Below, one piece after another: positions 14,201 to 28,052 of a DNA stretch of 64,000 bases; positions within the stretch are counted from its first letter, which is position 1; every line of letters begins with the position of its first letter. Under the pieces are notes generated by a model that saw only the letters and a list, made by a program, of their open reading frames with translations, was not told the origin of the DNA and ran no database searches. A program made the translations under genes and the position numbers. Source of the DNA: Octopus sinensis (taxonomy: Eukaryota); NCBI RefSeq assembly GCF_006345805.1, contig NC_043003.1, positions 100,998,001-101,062,000 of the forward strand, given 5' to 3'.

Positions 14201-14717
14201 GGCGTAAACAAACTTACTGAATTTTTGAACTTCCTTGACTGTAACTCAATTAACTGTTGTTGTTGTTGTTGTAATATTTCCTTCTGCAACTCCTGTAGTT
14301 ATTTCTGTTGCTTCTCTTGAAGCTGTATTACTGCAGCTAATAGGTTCTCCATAATTTACCAATTTGTATGATGCACAAATTGTCAAATAACCTATGTGAG
14401 CTTCGAAAAATCCTCATCACCAGATGTTATATCCTTATGCCTCCAATATTGTAGTACAGTTGATATTGTCAACATTGGATAAAGAATACACTGTAACAGT
14501 ATTATAACAATACAAAATAGAAACAGTAGCACTAACAAACACATAACAAACCAATAATCTTTTATGAACCAACAATCAATATTTCTAATACACTAACTTG
14601 AACTGTACCTGGACTTTGAAGACCAAACTATGAACTGCTGACTACAATAGACTGCTACTATTTATATATAGTGGTCCCGTCTATTCTCATCGGAAGGTGT
14701 CATATCTTGCTACAACA
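11234..14717 (-). mobile_element. Decayed, internally deleted Gypsy LTR retrotransposon
   Basis: ~294-bp LTRs at 11234-11528 and 14425-14717. GAGAT TSD on both sides, PBS TGGTGATGAGG, PPT AAAAGGGG. Gag, RT (SKWAAPMV..IRLCADFS) and integrase fragments. Confidence 0.93.
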
Positions 14718-15186
14718 GAGATAGATTCTTATTTTGATTTTATCTGCTGTATTGACTTCAACTTAGCAACATTATGATATAACCTGAAGATTACATGTAA
14801 TATATTGTGTAATCTTATGAATTTTGTACATCTGTACATGCCTGTTTTTATGGTGTTTCATCACAATAAAATCTGCTAATGAAACATTTGTAGATATACC
14901 ATAAAATGCATTCATCTGCTTATTATTGTATTACATCATGCCTAAAGTTTAATGTTACATTGAATAGTCTTGGATTTCCTTCATCAATGTATTCTTTGCA
15001 AACTGACTGGGTTGTTTTATCTGTCGATTTCTGTCATAATGTCCGGCCATCATAAACGGTGTGCTTCACGTTGATCAGTCTTGATCTATTCAAAAGTTTT
15101 CCATCAAATTGGTGTGTGTGTGTGTGTGTGGTGTGTGTGTGTGTGTGTGTGTATGCAACTGTCATATTTGTGTGTATGATCCTTAC

Positions 15187-15239
15187 CTGTTCATTATTGC
15201 AGTCAGGTATGTAAAGATTCGCTCCATCAGCACCATTTA
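15187..15239 (-). CDS. PDE10A: PDE10A-like exon, start of GAF-A ((V)NGADGANLYIPDCNNEQ)
   Basis: TAG acceptor and GTAAGG donor, phase 1 to 0. ADGANLYIPDCNN resembles ADGFALYFLGECNN of PDE10A GAF-A. Confidence 0.82.
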
Positions 15240-16581
15240 CTATTAAAGAGAAAAACATCTATTGTTATTATTGTTGTAACAGTAGAGGTTTCATCTGTAT
15301 ATTTCTTACTCTGTATTATTTCATTTTTCAAGCAGTTCAGAAAATAATACAGTATTGGTCATATATCTGATACTGTCTAGAGGAGTATTTATGGCATATC
15401 CACTTTGTCATGAAACCAGAGCTATGTGTAAACCCTTAGAAATGGTCTATGCATAGCCTTTGGGTGCTTTTGTGTTGTAGACCCAAACATCCCACTAGAT
15501 TTAAAATGACCCTAGTTATGTGGGAAATTTACAGAGTTCACTTTGTTGCATGCTTAAAAAGCTGACTTCTGGTTCCTTCTGCACAGGCAGATGTTAGTGT
15601 TTGAGGAAACTTGCAAATGTCAGAAGCACTGACCATCCTTCTGTGGCTAATAGAAAAGAAAACTTGAAAATCTGGAGATTCTACAATAATACATCAATTT
15701 GCTTGACCACAAGATTTTTTTCTCATCCTAAGTTTTCAACTAAATCCAATAAAAGTTTAACGAGCAACAACAAAAAGGTTATTTAAATTTGGAGTTTGAA
15801 AATTATATTTCATTAGAAATTTGTACTTAATAGTAATTATGTAATTAGTATTTATTTGTGAATGACTAAAGCAAATCATTACATAAAAATCATGAAATTT
15901 GCTTCTGGTTTAAAAAATGTAGTAACATATTAAATATTAAGTATAATGTATCTCATATTATTGAGAAACTAATAATTATTTTTCAAAAATATAAATCCAT
16001 ATAAAATGTTTCTTTGGAGATATTTACATTATTTTATTGCACTGTTAGATAGCACTGGAAGTTCTCAAGATTGAAAATAGTTCCTGTTACATACAAGCTC
16101 TTTGACTAATAACAACGACAGAGGAATTAACTGGGAAATGTTAGAAGAAAATAAATGCAACAACCTTTCCTTTTGGGGATTATGAAATGATTATTTCTTT
16201 AATTTATGCTATACTTTATTGATAATCTTTCTTACAAAAAGTAGCAGACAACCAAGTTGATACCAACTAAGAAAACTAGCATTTTGTATGCAGTCAATGC
16301 ACCAAGCTGAGCTTGTTTCAGCACATTTAACTCTCAACAGCTTTAGTAACATTGTGTTAATGTTCACTGGTATAAGAACAACTAGTAACTTCTTAAAAGT
16401 GGAATTGTGAATATTTTCTTTTTCAGTGGTCAAGAATGTTGATTCTCCAAAGCTTGTTCCATTTAGCTGCAACCATATACCACAGGGAAGTATCCTAAGA
16501 AGCCTTTCACTAAAGCAATTAATAATTTCATTAGCGTTGCAGTGCTGAATACAACATCCTGTGTAAAAAGAACTTGGAAAT

Positions 16582-17620
16582 ATTGGGTTGTCCGGAAAGT
16601 TTGTGCCGATTTTTAAAGGAAAGAAAAGGTCAATAAATACTTGCCATTACATTTTTAATCAACCAAATATGAACCATTTTGTTGCACAATACGTCTCCAT
16701 CTTGAAAATACTCTCTTCCCAGAACTGAGGTGGTTTTTCATGGCAAAGAATTCATCAAGGTATCTTTTTAGTCATCCAATGAATTGAAATTTTTATCATT
16801 ACGACTCTTCTGCAGAGACCTGAATAAGTGGAAATTCAAAGGAGCAATATCTGGTGAATATGGAGGGTGGGGTAACACATCCCAGCCGAGCTGCAGCAAT
16901 TTTTGTCTGGTTTCCAAAGAAATGTACAGTCTTGCATTATCATGTTGGAAAATAACACCCTTCCTTTTGGCCAATTCTGGACGTTTCTCTTGAATTGCTG
17001 CTTTTAACTCATCCAGTTGTGTGCTGTATTTCTCAGAATTAATTGTCTGGTTACTTGGGAGAAGCTCATAAAACAGAATTCCTTTCCAATCCCACCAGAC
17101 ACAAAGTAAGACTTTTTAGGGTGAAGACCCACTTTTGGGGTGGCTAAGGGTGGCTCATATCGCTTTTTCTGAACATTTTGGTAGATAATCCACTTCTCAT
17201 CACCTGTCACAATTTGCTTTAAAAAAGCCGTGTTTTCATTTCATTTATAAAGCGAATCACAGATGGAAATGTGATACAAAAGGTTCTTCTCACTCAACTC
17301 ATGTGGTTCCCAAACATCATAGCGAATTGTGTACCCAAGTTTTACCAGGTGCTCGTGAATGACAGATTTTGATAGGTTGAGGCTTTCTGCCAATTCTTGG
17401 GTTGTGCAGTGTGGGTTATTCTCAATTAATGACTTGATTTGGTCATCATCTGTAGTGGATGGTCTGCCTGATCACTCTTTATCAATAAGGCTAAAATCTC
17501 CAGCTCGGAACCTTGCAAACCACTTCCGTACAGTTCTTTCAGATAAAGAAACATCACTGTAAACTGCACATATTTCTTTGGTTGTTTGTGAGGTATTTTC
17601 CCCTTTACAGAAAAAGAAAA
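16582..17620 (-). mobile_element. Decayed mariner
   Basis: TGDEKWIIY, FQHDNAR and HPPYSPDIAP. TIR at 16582-16612. Confidence 0.88.
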
Positions 17621-18431
17621 GCATCAAGTGCCAAAAATGAACTTTCTATCTTCCACTTTAAAGGGTTACAGAATTAACATAGGAAAAGGCAACAAGAGTA
17701 GTGTCTATGGCTATTACAAACCCTCAGAATTGCTGTCATTTTGTTATGTATATTTGTATTATATAATAGAGCATTTCATTTTGTGAAAATGTGTGTGCTT
17801 TTAAGTTTTGACACTGTTCTGTTCCTTATAACACCATCTATACCTACCATCTCTGATTTCATTGAATGGTTTTTGTTGGATGCTAGATGGGATGTTGTTT
17901 GCTCCTCCCTCAAATGTCTGCCATTCTGTAGAATGCAGTGGGGCCAATACTGAGAGCCAGACAGAAAATGAAGAATTGATACCAGTACTTCACTGGTACT
18001 TTATCACTCCCACATGAAAAAAATGTTGACCATTGCAAGATTTGAACTTTCCTCTTCTGTTCTAAAGTAATAAGATTTGTGTAAGATTTGTATTGACACT
18101 TGATTTTTACCATCTAAAACAATGGCAAATAGAAATAATCAAAGAAATTTGATTACTTTCAGTGAATACCAACATGAGACAATCATTTGAATGGAGTTCA
18201 AAGATACATTAAAGAATAGACTGTTACTTCATCAACATAAGCTACTTGTTACACGCAAATACATATATACATATTCATACAGACATGTATGTGCATGCAT
18301 GCACGCATGTACACACACTCTACATACATATATACATACATACATACATATGAATGAATGAATTGTACATCAGAAGAGTACTTTAAATATCATTAAATTT
18401 TAGGACATGCAAAGAACAAAATTTTACTTAC

Positions 18432-18543
18432 CAGCCACCAAACAATTGGTTAATTCAATTAGTAAGTCAGTTTTGTTTCGAATTTGAACCAGTTCTGAAA
18501 TAAGTTTCTGCGCTTGTTGGTCTTTATTTTTGTATAAATTAAA
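18432..18543 (-). CDS. PDE10A: PDE10A-like exon (FNLYKNKDQQAQKLISELVQIRNKTDLLIELTNCLVA)
   Basis: Polypyrimidine tract plus TAG acceptor and GTAAGT donor. 112 nt open, phase 0 to 1. LLIELTNCL resembles the helix preceding GAF-A. Confidence 0.8.
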
Positions 18544-18761
18544 CTACAGAGGAAAAAAAAACACACACAAGAGGAATTCTGCAAGAGTGCTTCTATAAAG
18601 TGTTTGTTAGTTCATTCTAGTTTAATAATATATATATTTTATCTTTATCATGTTTCAGACATTTGATTGCGCCCATGCAGGAGCACCACCTTGGAGAATT
18701 TTAAATTGAACTAACCCAATACTTAGTCAAACACAAACACAAGTCAAACATAAACAGTCAA

Positions 18762-18793
<32 letters not shown>

Positions 18794-19539
18794 CTTGCAA
18801 GGCAAAAGAAGAACAGGGAAAAAAGGGAAAAGCTCCCACTACTAAGAGGAAGTATTTGGGAGGGAATGGTGAAGGTGGGTGGCTTTAAGCTCGGTGTTGA
18901 AAGGCTAAAGAATGATAGAGAAACAAGCACAGGTGTCTTGCTATTAAAGAGATATATAGTTGAAGGAGATTAGAGGAAGGCAGTGGTGTGGTGCTAAAGT
19001 AAACTTTCAAGGAGCAAAAAGGTGAGCAGAACAGACATTGGGTCATGGGTGGGGATGAGAGAATGTGGATGCTTCCATAAGAAAGTGAGGTGAGAGTAAA
19101 TGGGTGAAGGTAGAGAATAATGTAGTTAGTGACGAACAAGAGTGGGGTGCAGATGATGGGAAATATAAGTATGTAGAGAGTACAGTGGGAGATATAAGAA
19201 TGCCTTAGGAAGGAAAATAGAACAGAAAGTATATGTCAGGTGTAAGAGCAATGGAAAGGGAGATATAGGGATACATAAGAGGATCATAATGGTAAATATA
19301 GTCGTTGAGAATAATAGTAGGAGAAAGAGAACAGTGGCTAAAGACACAGAAAGGGGTTATTGATTGAAATAGTGTGGGCAGGGATGATATGCTGATTCTG
19401 CTCTCAGGCGCGTACAGCAGCTGCATAATACCATAGCTAGGGAAGAGATAAAATTGGTAGGGAATGCTTGATGTGTCAGAGAGAGACGAGACAAGAGTGA
19501 GAGTAGGGCTTCATATGTACATACAATCATAACCAAGCG

Positions 19540-22120
19540 GTTTTAGGATATCGTTTTTGCTGTAATGGATGGTTCTTCTCAAGCACAGCAAAATGCCAAC
19601 CATCTCAGTCCTTTGTCATCTCCTCCATGAGTCTCAGCATCTTCAGATCAACCTTCAAAACTTCCTCTCACATCTTTCTGGGTCTCCATTTTCCATGAGT
19701 TCTATCCACTTCAAATCATTGGCACTTCTTTATGCAAAATTCATCCATACATATCATATAACCAAACCTGTATAGTCTGCTTTCTTGTAGGCTACATCTG
19801 ATTCCTCTTATACCTATCTTTTCTCTCAATACATTTGCACTTTATTGTACATGCACACTAAAATTGCACACCCTGCAAAGCACACTAGCTTCATTCTTCC
19901 CTAGTCTTTGCATGTCCTCTGCATTTAGGGCCCATATTGCACTACTATGGAACATTGCTGTACATACATAAGCATCTTACAATCTACCTTTCATTCAGAG
20001 AAAGAGAAGTTTTGTTGCCAACAGAGGTAATAACTGTCTAAACTTTCTCCATCCTATTCTTATTCTAGTAACTACACTTTCAGAATATACTCTTCTGCGC
20101 TGCTAATTAAGTCGCCTAGGTAACAGAAACTATATACTACCTCTAGGGAGCCTCCAGGGCATTTGAGAATATGAACTTTCCATATGACCTTAGACTTTGT
20201 GGCACTTGTGCATCTTCCGCAAACAAACAATACTTTCTCTGTTAACCTTCCTATTATTCCACTGCATCTCTTATGTGTCCATAGCTTACACTCAGTACAC
20301 TGTATGAATTTCTACCTACACCGTTCCTACATTTTGAACAGGGCTATTTGCCTGAAGTGGGAAGTGCCCTGTCTGTTTTCTTGCTTGCTAGAACCTTGGT
20401 CTTTACTAAGTTAGCTTTAAAACCCTTTGATTCCAGGTTTTGCTTCCACACCTGCAATTTCTTTCCTATGAGAGTAAGATCATCAGCATATAATAGGTCC
20501 CAAGGGCTGTCTGTCATAAATTCCTCTGTTATGGCCTGGAGGATGATGGTAAATGGGAGGGGACTGAGATCTGCTCCCTGGGGAATGCCCAGCTGCACAC
20601 AAAATTCATCACTGTAACTCTTACCTTACTGACAGTACCCCTGTTTATGGCTTGCACAGCTTTCACAAGTCATTCATCAGTCCCTAGCTTCCTCAGAGAA
20701 CACCATATCACAGAGCAAGGGACTCTGTGAAAGACTTTCTCCTGGTCAACAATTGTCAAGTATAATAGCTTACTCTTAGCTAAATACTTCTCCTGCAGTT
20801 GTCTAAGATAGCAATCATAATACTTCAGCCTGACACAAAACCAAACTCCATCTCATCTGTTCTAATTCTGTTTCTAATTAATTGAACTCTAACTCTCTCC
20901 ATAACTTTCATGCCCTTGTCCAGCAAGTTGATACCTCTGTAATTACTTCTATCTGAGGCATCTTCTTTACCCTTGTAACAGCTGCTATACCAATCATTTG
21001 GGGAAGACACATCATCATCATCGTCGTCGTCATTGTAATCATCATCATCATCATCATCATTTAACATCCATTTTCCATATTGGCATGGGTTGGACAGTTT
21101 GACTGAGGACTGGCAAGCCAATAGGCTACACCAGGCTCCAATCTGATCTAGCAAGGTTTCTACAGCCGGATGTCCTTCCTAATGCCGACAACTCCAAAAG
21201 TGTAGTGGGTGCTTTTTACATGCTACCGGCATGGGAGCCAGTCAGGCAGCACTGGCATTGACCCTGTTTGGATGGTGCTTTTTACATGCCACCAGCATGG
21301 GAGCCAGTTAGGGGGACACTGCTTCCTGAATAACCTAATTAACTATACAGGTGACTAGATTGTATCCTACTCCATCTGATATTTTAAGCATCTCAGCAGT
21401 AATTCCTGATGGACCAGGAACTTTTCCTGTTTTTATATCCTTGATTGCTTTATCTATCATACTGTTGTCAACTAGACTAGCTGGTCCCTCTCTTGGGTTC
21501 AGATAGGGAAGACTCCCTTTGTTGCATGAATTCTCCACATTTAATAACCTTTCATAGTAGTATTTCCATGCCTCTTTCTTATCTGAGTCACTAAGGGCAC
21601 ACACTTCTTACCCACAACATCTAGATTCTCTCTGGTATGCTCTCTAGCAATCTGGAACATCTCTTGTCTGATCCTCATGCTGTAAAACATTGGAAAACCT
21701 CTTTCTTTCTGCTTCTGCTCTTACTAGATAAATCTGTTGCCTAGCTTCCCTTTTAGGTACATGATATAATTCTTTGGTACCTCTACTTTTCCACTCTTTT
21801 TCTTTTATGGCCCTGTCAACTCACTGTTCCACCACCATGTCACCCTTGGTCGGGCAGAAACTTACTCCAGCCACAGATCTGGTCTCAGCAGATTACCCTG
21901 TGTGCATGTCCTCCATGTCATACATCTGTATCTCTTCCTCCTACTTCACATCAAATGCTTCAATTGGAACAGCTCTAAATCTCTGGCGACATGAAGGACC
22001 CTTGAGTTTCCACCACCTCCTTTTCCATATTGGTTTCTGTCTCTTAGTCCTTCTAGTCTTAAGTCAGAACTCACTAGCAACTAACCTATGTTGAATTGTA
22101 CATTCTTCACCAAAAGCAGC
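19540..22120 (-). mobile_element. Decayed RTE LINE with a nested 3'-UTR copy (about 21040-21320)
   Basis: Fragments match the 46.8-kb RT: KVPGPSGITAEMLK, NYRGINLL, YADD. Confidence 0.88.
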
Positions 22121-22434
22121 TTGACTGAGCTCCATATGATTAAAAGTTTCTGATAAGATTGACACATCCTATACATATATGGAGGTGAGTCAGAATGTTA
22201 GTAAAAATATATGTAGCTCCTACCAAATGTGTTGAGAGCCATTTATACACCCCCCTCCACACACATAAAGAAATATCCAGATTGTTTTGCCAACATCATA
22301 GTATATACATTTACACATATAAATGTGCAGTTATGTACTCTGATGTTGGCAAAACAATCTAGGTATTTCTTTGTAGCATCGATCTTGCTTTCAAGGAACT
22401 AGACAAGTGATATACACAAAGCAAATTAACTTAC

Positions 22435-22469
22435 CTTCCATTTCATTGAATCTGGTTCCCAAGTAGTGC
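22435..22469 (-). CDS. PDE10A: PDE10A-like 35-nt exon ((C)TTWEPDSMKWK)
   Basis: TTTCTTCAG acceptor and GTAAGT donor. Phase 1 in and phase 0 out, which fits both neighbouring exons. Confidence 0.72.
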
Positions 22470-22549
22470 CTGAAGAAATAAATATAATGTAGCATAAGCA
22501 TCTCATATTTATATATGTATGTTGATATACATTCAAACATATATATATA

Positions 22550-23420
22550 TACTAGCAGCTAAGCCTGGTTTCGCCCGGTCTGTTTGGATGATGTGGCTGT
22601 GATCGTTTTCGGTTAGGCATAATCTACAACAGTGTTTCTCGAACTTATCATTTAAGGTCCCCTGTTTTGATTGAAGCCTCCAGCTGTATGAAAATTTCCT
22701 GATCCCCCCGCCACACTTGTCAGAAAACAGCTTCAGGAGTTGTGAAGAACAAATTTGTACTTATCTGTTTCTGAGAGCTATTCTATTGGACCTCTGTCTA
22801 ATCATTAACACATTGGGTGATCTTTTGATATGGGAACACACGACTGTCACTTACAAACCACTTATAAACCACGTGTGTTTATTTACATTTTTGAAGATGA
22901 TCCGTCGGTTTCCATAAAAAAATTTAATTTTTTTAATATGGGGTTGGGGGCAAAGGGGATCTTTTGAAGTTGGCATGAAAGCAAAAGAGACTGAGAGAGC
23001 ATGACTTTTTGAGTGAAGTTCTTTTGAAGTTGGCGTGAAGTGGAAGAATTGATGTGTGTGTGTGTGTGTGATAGAGAGAAAGAGAGAGTGTGTGTGTGAG
23101 ACAGAATGTGTGGTGTGTATGTGAATTGCTTTTGTTAGTGTGTGTGAAGAGACAGAGAGAGTAATATTGCTGGTGTGTGTGAGAGAGAAAGATATCTGAA
23201 ATTTTTTATTCACTTTTTGTAGTGAGTGAATGTATGAATGATTGACAGAGAAGAGGTTATGTATGAATGGCTTTAGTGACACACACACACATGCACGCAA
23301 GTTGTTATGTATGTATGTATAATGTATGTATCTATGTATGGCCAAGAGAGAGTTAACTGAAATTTTGTTATTCACTTTTTGTAGGGAGTGAATGTGTGAG
23401 TGACTGACAGAGAAAAGGAG
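22550..23420 (-). mobile_element. Putative Helitron 3' end
   Basis: Hairpin CCGGGCGAAACCAGG followed by CTAG-T at 22551. The far boundary is uncertain. Confidence 0.5.
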
Positions 23421-24168
23421 AGAGAGGTTATGTATCGAATAAATACTATAAATACTATGAATATATTTATCAATGGGAATAAACTAGCGAATATCAATTT
23501 AAAAAGACAATAACTAAGTTATGCTATTAAGTTAGACATGGCCTGGACCAATCTTTGGTCGAAACATATCTAAGTTTATCTAAGTTTATCTAATTTTAAT
23601 TATAAGAAATTTAAAACTACAATTAATACTATTGATACATGTATATACATAAACCTAACTTTAGACAACTCGTATACTTGCTATCAAACAACATATCTAT
23701 CGCTAAGTAATATCTTATGAATAAACTTAAATTTGATATCTAATAATATAGAAAATTACGATAATTAGATTATTACATAAACAACGATATTTAAATAAGA
23801 AAAATATTATTACACCAAAGACTTATAAAATATTAAAATTTACAATTTAAAGATCTTAAATATAAATAAATACTTATCTTAGCGAGGTTTTGTAATGAAC
23901 TAAAATTTTGAATCAGAAAACGTCTTTACAGCCTTTATAAGAATACTCGTGGAATTACGTTATTAGCAAAAAAAGAATAAATTGTTGAAGAATTCATTAA
24001 GCGTGAGGAACAAATACGCTTTATCAATGAAGATTTGAATGGGAATAGTAATGGTTTATCAATAAGTGTAAATAGAAAGAATTCACAAATAAAGAATAAA
24101 ATCACTCTATACTATAAGATTTATTATTACATAAATATATATATATATATATATAAATATATATATAC

Positions 24169-24244
<76 letters not shown>

Positions 24245-24249
24245 ATGAT

Positions 24250-24798
24250 AATCTCAGAGCGAGTTATAAACAGTAGCGATAACACATCGTGTTGCATATT
24301 TGCCATTTGAATATGGCTAACCCATAAGGGTGGATGCTACTGTAGTTTGTACCCCCAGGAAGATATCTCCACCAGCTGGCTATAGCTATAGCCAGCTGGT
24401 GGAGATATCTTCCTGGGGCTACAAACTACAGTAGCATCCACCCTTATGGGTTAGCCATATTCAAATGGCAAATATGCAACACAATGTGTTATCGCTACTG
24501 TTTATAACTCGCTCTGAGATTTATCATTGTTTGATTTCACTTTTTCAATATCAGTGTCAAATTGACACTGGAAAAAGTATATGTATTTGTGAAGGGATCT
24601 GACTTCTCATCGACAACCATGATTGTCACATACTGTGTATCATGTGTTGAAGACGGGGAGGATGACTCCCCTTCACAAATACTGAGAGGACACAGATAGT
24701 GTGTCTATAGCCAGCTGGTGGAGATATCTTCCTGAGGCTACAAACTACAGTAGCATCCACCCTTATGGGTTAGCCATATTCAAATGGCAAATATGCAA

Positions 24799-24801
<3 letters not shown>
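24250..24801 (+). repeat. 319-bp tandem repeat (about 1.3 units) preceded by an inverted copy forming a ~270-bp palindrome
   Basis: 24391 and 24710 are in register. Palindrome centre at about 24385/24386. Flanked by (TA)n on both sides. Confidence 0.88.
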
Positions 24802-24840
<39 letters not shown>

Positions 24841-25009
24841 ACATACATGTACGGGAAAGTGTATATATGCATTAAAATATGTGTATAAACATATTTACAG
24901 GAGTGAATACTATAAATTAAAGGACACACACATATATAGGCATGTCTAGTGATGGTAAAGAACCTTATTAGTGTGTATATATGTGCATGTATATGTATGT
25001 GTGTGTATG

Positions 25010-26595
25010 CTCATCATCATTTAAAGTTTGTTTTCCATGCTAGTGTGGGTTGGATGGTTCGACAGGAACTGGCAAGTCAGAAGATTGCTCCAAGCCCTGC
25101 TGTTTGCTTTAGCATGGTTTCCTACTGCTGGATGCCCTTCTTAATGCCAACTACAATACAGAATGTACTGGGTGGTTTTTAAGTGGCACCAGCAACATTG
25201 AGGTTACCAAGTAATTTTTTTGACCAGATCTTCAACTGATATTGCAATTCCAGCAGAGCACACTGGTTTCATTTCTTTCAAGCCTTCTCTCTTCCCATCC
25301 AGTTCTCATTCTGGTAACTATGCTTTCAGAGAAACCTTCTCTACTGCTAACTTGGTAACCTTGGTAATGGAAACTATCGACTACCTCTAAGGATGAATAC
25401 ATGAGAAAGTCTATTTCCTGTTCAGTCTTAGTGTTTACTGCATATCTGCCACACACAGACTACTTTCTCTGTAAACCTCCCTGTGATTCCACTGTACTTC
25501 TTATGTGTCCATAGCTTGTACTGGGTACACCATATGGAATTTTTACCCATACCTTTTCTACATAGCAAGCAGGGCCATCTCTCTGAAGGGATTAATAATT
25601 TGTCTGCTTTCTTGTTTACTAGTACTTTTGTCTTTGCTAAGTTAACTCTAAGCTCCTTTGATTCCAGGCCTTGCTTCCACTCAGCTATAAGAACAAGATA
25701 ATCAGCATAATGGAGTTTGCAAGAGAAACCAGTCTTAAATTCCTCTGTTATGGCCTGGAGAACTATAATAAACGAGACTTGTACACTAAATTTGTTGCTG
25801 CACTTGTTGCCAGCATTCACCTCACTGACAACATCCCTGTATATGACTTAGATGGCTCTCACCAACTATTCATGTGGCCTAGCTTCTGCATCGACCACCA
25901 AATGTGGGAGTGAAGATCCTGCACAAAAGCTTTCTTACCGACAAATGCCAAGCATGCCTATATATTTTCTGCTAAATGCTTCTCCTGCTGCTGCCTTGCT
26001 AAGAAGATAACATCAGTGGTGCTTTCCCTTGGCACAAAACTAAACTGCATTTCATCTAGGTTAACTTTGTTCCTAATTAGTTGAGCTATGACTCTTTCTG
26101 TAACTTTCATAACCTAGTCCAGTAATTTGTCCTTTGTAATTACTTTAGCATCACTTTTCCCTTTGTTGCAGACTATAATTTTGCTACATCAATCATTGAG
26201 TATGGCTCCTTCCTGGACAGGCTAATTAACTATACAGATGACTAGTCCATACCATACTTCATCAGATATTTAAACATCTCTCATGGCAACTTCTCATGAG
26301 CCAGAGGCTTTCATAGTCTTCATATCTTTAATTGCTTTATTTATCATACTGTTGTCAACTAGAATAGCTCACCCCTCTGATGGGTCCACATTGGGAAGAC
26401 TTTCCTTCTCTCAGCATTCTCTACATTTAGCAGCCTTTCATAGTGAAAATTTTATACCACTTTCTTTGCAGAGTCACTAAATGAAGTGTACCATCATCTA
26501 TCCAAACACACTTCTCTTTCACAATCTCTCAATTTTCTCTGATACACTGTCTTACATTTTGGAACACCTCATGCCCCTGGTCCTCATGCTGTATA
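25010..26595 (-). mobile_element. Decayed RTE LINE
   Basis: LQAITEEFKTG, LRVNLAKTKVL, and a 3' UTR with (GAT)n. Confidence 0.85.
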
Positions 26596-27976
26596 GAAAT
26601 ATTTTATAAAATTCTTATAAAACTTTTATAATTTTTATTTTTTGTATTTTATATTATAAAATTTAGGTATTAAAAATTTAGGTATTAAATACCTAAATTT
26701 TATAATATAAAATACAAAAAATAAAAATTATAAAAGTTTTATAAGAATTTTATAAAATATTTCTATACAGCATGAGGACCATTATACTTTATAAATATTT
26801 TATATCTATTGTTTATATCTATATTTGATATTTTTATACATTTTTATATCCTTTCATATACTTTCCTAGTGTTTGTAATTTATAAATAATTTTTTATAAG
26901 ATATTTTTATATAATTTATTGGATATGGGGATCTTTATTTTAGTATATTTTTTAATCATGCATTATTCTTTAAATGTTTACATACCCAAATTGGTTTAGG
27001 TATTGCTTCTGAATGTATCCCCTTATACATTTAATATACCTCTAATTCAATTACCGCTTATATTTGATACCATATCTTATACTTATCCACCCGTAATGAA
27101 AAGAATAGTTCTTTTTATTGCTTTAAGATAAACTATGTACTTCTACCCATATGATAATCTAATTCCATTATACATTCATTTTAGAATGTCTTTATCATGA
27201 CCTTCTAAACAATATGCTTAGAATATTCTTAATAGTTTTTCTTATATATTAAGGTATCCCACCCATTATTAGATTTAAGTTTAATTTCTATCCTTATTCT
27301 ATATATTGATTTAAATTTTCTCAATTTAATATAATAAATTTGCTAAGTTAAAGATTTCTACCTCCCATATCCTTCAATTCTAATTTCTAGCCCTAAAAGT
27401 TTATATTATTTATCTCTTTTGGTTTTTCATTACAATCCCTTTATTTGATAATCTAAATAAGTATTGGCCACCCCTATCCTTCTTTCTTCCAGTTACAACC
27501 CATTAGACATTCTCTTACTACCAACCTTGCAACCTACTCCCTTTACATAGATAAAGCTAGATATATGGTTCCAGTGGGGGGGGGGTTATCTAGTAGATTA
27601 TCTGACATTAATTGATTTATCACCATTAACTAAATACAGTTGACAACTCTCAATGGATTTAACTGTGAATGGTTGAAGACTACATACTACATTAAGTCTT
27701 CTAAATATAAGTAACTATGTCACCACTCCTTTTATCTTGACCTCCTCTATTTCCCCTGCTACTCTCTAAATTATAGTTGGCATAACAAGGTATGCATTAT
27801 TTTCTAAACTCATTCTGCCACAGATATAAAAAAAGGAAACAATGTAAATATTTTGGTTTCCATTATTGATGTAAATTTGTTTAAAAAACGGTTTATCTTT
27901 TATTAGTTAGTTAATTTGGCTCAAAAGCAAATAGCAAGGCCATGTAGGGGGACATGGAGTTTGATGTCTATTCTAT

Positions 27977-28052
27977 CATCTGACAAGAATGGTTTCTTTC
28001 AAATTGATGTAATGTTTTCATTAATCAATTAACGCTTGAAACATCCGTAATG
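27977..28052 (+). ncRNA. Decayed hammerhead
   Basis: CAT-CTGACAA...GAAA-CATCCG-TA-ATG. Core and stem III are mutated. Confidence 0.4.

Noticed and set aside
16209-16560. Open frame behind an acceptor-like site
   Set aside because: No recognisable homology, and the flanking PDE exons already join in frame without it.
23540-23580. Half hammerhead (GACCA..TGGTC-GAAA-CATATC-TA)
   Set aside because: No CUGANGA-like core or stem I upstream.
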